The notes under the pieces are model-generated. The model saw only the letters and a program-made list of their open reading frames with translations, was not told the origin of the DNA and did not search any database. A stretch of DNA of 64,000 nt. Origin: Selaginella moellendorffii. Its lineage: Eukaryota; Plantae; Lycopodiophyta. The stretch's first letter is position 1. Each line of letters begins with the position of its first letter. The stretch is from contig NW_003314273.1 of NCBI RefSeq assembly GCF_000143415.4, positions 2,112,597-2,176,596 on the forward strand, in the 5' to 3' direction. Position numbers and translations under genes: made by a program. Shown piece by piece: positions 61,115-64,000 of this stretch.

Positions 61115-63343
61115 CTAGGCGAATTCCAGAGGAAACCATCTGCTTTGGCTCCTCCAGAGCGATCGAATAACAGGAAGCAGTCCAAGCAGAGCTAGCTGGA
61201 TCCGATCAGTGCTATTCACCTTGATCGATATCTGTCCGGTTCCTCGATTGTTGGCGTTGCCGCGCACCACCATCGCCGTTCCACCCAAGTGGATTTGCGA
61301 GTGTAAGTTGATTCCATATGCAATATCCTTTGCTGTCCAGTTCATGACTGACAATCCCAGCGTGCAGTTTGTTCGATCCACGGGATAGTCGGGCCCGACC
61401 ACCGTCGCTTCCATGATCGCTCCGTAAGCTTTGTCACCCCGGGTGAGTGAAGTAGCCCCGCTCATCAGGATCTTTGCTCGCTTTCCTATCACCACCTTGT
61501 CTTCCAGTCTCACTCCGACCACCGCGTTCTCTCCGACCATTGTGACCCCCATTCCCGCCAGCGTCTTGTTACACTCGTGGTTCTTGAACGTCGTCCCTCC
61601 CCACAGGCTGTAGCAAACGTCCCTTCCCACCGTCTGGATGTCGAGCCCTCCGGTAGAAACTCTGTTGGGTCCGTGCTTGATTGCTGCTGAGCCATCGAAA
61701 GTTACGTGGTACTCTTTCTTGTCCATGACGATCTGTCCCGAGACTGACACTGGGATGTTCTTAGCGAGGTGGAAAGATCTGTCCAAGTTGGCGGAGTTGA
61801 ACCCGTTCTCGTGATCCCACCGCGAGTCGAGCACCGGGCGGACATTCCAGGACGCATCATCGACGTAGCGGTACCGGTGGCTTGGATCGTCCGAGCTGAA
61901 GCTCGTCGGGAGCGCGAAGTCGGGGGAGATCCCGGGGGCCATGTCGCGGTGCTGCTGCTGCTCGTCCTCGCCGTCCTCCACGCCCCTGTTCTTCATCTCC
62001 CGCCACCTCCGGCACTGCGTCTTCCACAGCTTCCGCTTGAACAGCTTCTCCCGCAGCGCGAGCTCCTCGAAGTACGACTGCCGGTTGTCCTCGTCCAGAG
62101 CGTCCAGTTCGTCCTGGAGCAGCCGGCGGAAAGGTGGCAGCTGATCAAACTCGGCCTCTCCATCCTCGTCCTCGTCCGGATCCACCTCGCCATACTCCTC
62201 CTCGTCCGGCTGCTGGACCTCGGATCGAGCCTGCAGCATCGACGCCAGCAGCACCGGCATTGGCGAGCCACTCCGCCGCTCGCACAGCCTCGTCAGCGGC
62301 ATGCTCTCCGGGAGCTTGAGGTACGTGTTGGCCTCGGCCAGGATCCGGGCCGAGAAGCACAGCAACAGGAGCTCGGGCCGCCACACCATCCCGTTTGGAA
62401 GAACTCTCTCGCCGGCTCGGTTGGTTCGACACGCCGGGTGGTTCTCGATGAGCGTCACCGGGTTGAGCAGCCGGGTATCGCCCACGGCCGATCGGACAGT
62501 CTGCTGGAACATCCGGGTTCTCTGGCCAACGTAAGAATCATACCGTAGCGGAAAACCATCGGGTCCATCGGGTGGCGACGAAGCTCCGTGCGTCAAGACG
62601 ATGATCGCGTTGAACCAGATGGCCGGGCCGAAGCGATCGCCAATGTAGCGCATGAGCGCCGCGTCCTTGCTCTGGGAATCCAAGCGATCCACGTAGAGGA
62701 CAATGTCGGGTGGGTTCCTGCGAATGCAGCGCTTGATCGAGGCCACCACGCGCTCGTTGTAGCGCCGGTCGGCCATGCTCGCGGAGAGCCCCGGCGTGTC
62801 GATCACTCTCATCCGGATCCCCTTCATGGTTCCATCGATCACTTCCACCTTGTTGGTGCCGCTGGAGAAGGCGCTGGTGCTCGCCATGGGCTTGCCGAAG
62901 ATGGAGTTGACGGTGGCGCTCTTGCCCACCCCGGATTTGCCCAGGAGCAAGACGGTGCAGCAGAAATCCAGCTCCTCGTCGCGCGAGGAGGCCTCCTCCT
63001 CCATCGCCACCGCGCAGGCCTTGTCGTAGCCGCTGGTGCTGTTGCGCATCTTGCCGCCCTTGAGCTGCTCCGCGAGGGCGAAGCGGTAGAGGACTTGCGC
63101 GGCAATGCCATTGTCCGCGGATTGGCCCAGGCGGTGGACGAGGCGCACGAACTTGACGCGGATGTCCTGGAGCTTCTCGCACAGGATCCTCGTCTTCTCT
63201 TCGGTGTTACCTTGCGTGATGGATCGGACGATGCCGGCGAGCTTGGACGTGACGGAGGAGGGCGCCTGGGAGACCGCTGCTGCCGATGCCGCCGCGGCTG
63301 GGGCGGACAATGGCGCTACCAGTGCCCTGTCCGCGGCCTCCAT
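61115..63343 (-). CDS. TOC159-family chloroplast import receptor GTPase without an acidic domain (Toc90-like architecture), intronless
   Basis: LLGKSGVGKSATVNSIFG, VIDTPGL, PPDIVLYVDRLD, ENHPACRTNRAGERVLPNG and the M-domain motif VRPVLDSRWDHENG. Confidence 0.93.
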   Translation of the reverse strand: MEAADRALVAPLSAPAAAASAAAVSQAPSSVTSKLAGIVRSITQGNTEEKTRILCEKLQDIRVKFVRLVHRLGQSADNGIAAQVLYRFALAEQLKGGKMRNSTSGYDKACAVAMEEEASSRDEELDFCCTVLLLGKSGVGKSATVNSIFGKPMASTSAFSSGTNKVEVIDGTMKGIRMRVIDTPGLSASMADRRYNERVVASIKRCIRRNPPDIVLYVDRLDSQSKDAALMRYIGDRFGPAIWFNAIIVLTHGASSPPDGPDGFPLRYDSYVGQRTRMFQQTVRSAVGDTRLLNPVTLIENHPACRTNRAGERVLPNGMVWRPELLLLCFSARILAEANTYLKLPESMPLTRLCERRSGSPMPVLLASMLQARSEVQQPDEEEYGEVDPDEDEDGEAEFDQLPPFRRLLQDELDALDEDNRQSYFEELALREKLFKRKLWKTQCRRWREMKNRGVEDGEDEQQQHRDMAPGISPDFALPTSFSSDDPSHRYRYVDDASWNVRPVLDSRWDHENGFNSANLDRSFHLAKNIPVSVSGQIVMDKKEYHVTFDGSAAIKHGPNRVSTGGLDIQTVGRDVCYSLWGGTTFKNHECNKTLAGMGVTMVGENAVVGVRLEDKVVIGKRAKILMSGATSLTRGDKAYGAIMEATVVGPDYPVDRTNCTLGLSVMNWTAKDIAYGINLHSQIHLGGTAMVVRGNANNRGTGQISIKVNSTDRIQLALLGLLPVIRSLWRSQSRWFPLEFA

Positions 63344-63815
63344 TGGATCCGGTGGGAGAGACCCGCTAGAACCCTAAAACATTGGTTCCTCGCATTGCCT
63401 GGGAAAATATCTCGCGGTGCTTTCCTCGCCACGTCTTGGATAAGGTAGATATTTTTATGAAGAATGTTAAATGGATTTACTTTTATAATTATTCTAGTAT
63501 ATTCTGTAAGAGTTGAAAAACTGGAATAAACATGAAAAAATATTTTGGAATGCAAAAGTAACTTGTGCTAGAAAATAAGCCAATCATACAAAAAAACACT
63601 TGCCATAGCTATAATTATATAAAACATGTTTAAGTAAATCCATTTTGAAATGGATTTACTTCTATAGTCATTCGAGCATATTCTGTAAGAGTTATAAACC
63701 CTATTTGTTGACCAACACAAACTTACGAAGATCCTTCCATCTGGTCCGAGCCTCACAAATTCAACTGGGATCTCGTGGATTTGATTCCAACAACTGAAAG
63801 AAACACACAACATCA

Positions 63816-64000
63816 CTAGACCTCGATGTCGTATACGCGGCGAGCCAGGAGCTTGGCCATGGAAGATGTTTCACACTCCTTGTTGTGCTCAAGGAAGCGT
63901 TCCTTGAACTCCTCGTCGTCAGTGGGCACCGCAGCCAGGCTTGCTGCAATCTCTTCCAGTGACATCCCGCGGTTGTCCAGGAAGCCCCGCCGCAATCTCG
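63816..64000 (-). CDS. 3' end of a gene entering from the right edge; product unknown
   Basis: GC-rich open frame RLRRGFLDNRGMSLEEIAASLAAVPTDDEEFKERFLEHNKECETSSMAKLLARRVYDIEV*. Confidence 0.55.
   Translation of the reverse strand, partial: RLRRGFLDNRGMSLEEIAASLAAVPTDDEEFKERFLEHNKECETSSMAKLLARRVYDIEV

Noticed and set aside
61769-63448. 259-aa, 286-aa and 214-aa ORFs overlapping the TOC gene
   Set aside because: Shadow ORFs of a GC-rich coding sequence; similar shadows occur over H1 and the P450.

Overview
Eukaryotic land-plant nuclear DNA with very short GT-AG introns (mostly ~50-90 nt) and tiny intergenic gaps; the style fits a lycophyte such as Selaginella (inferred, not proven). Two gene-dense housekeeping blocks flank a ~32 kb repeat-rich accessory region. 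The left block (~2.8-22 kb) holds a J-domain/thioredoxin-like protein, glutathionyl-hydroquinone reductase, LSM1, NMD3, MED8, a conserved unknown protein, LAZ1/TMEM184, a DUF866 zinc protein, RPS13 and histone H1. The right block (56.8-64 kb) holds RopGEF, a FYVE-ankyrin protein and a TOC159-family GTPase. The accessory region has two related Ty3/Gypsy elements tail-to-tail around a ~600-bp TA/TACA satellite, a foldback MITE, a P450 with an atypical I-helix, a methyltransferase pseudogene, a short intronless XRN-like nuclease, PPR-DYW debris in inverted duplicate around a decayed Helitron, and a Crinkler-like header + P-loop NTPase + PD-(D/E)XK-like gene. The most striking item is absent from the ORF track: a 7-exon, fully in-frame ~247-aa gene (40857-41937, - strand) with four tandem phase-1 exons, each starting with an LFYxxx motif, a candidate repetitive peptide precursor. 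All calls come from reading motifs by eye; no searches were run.
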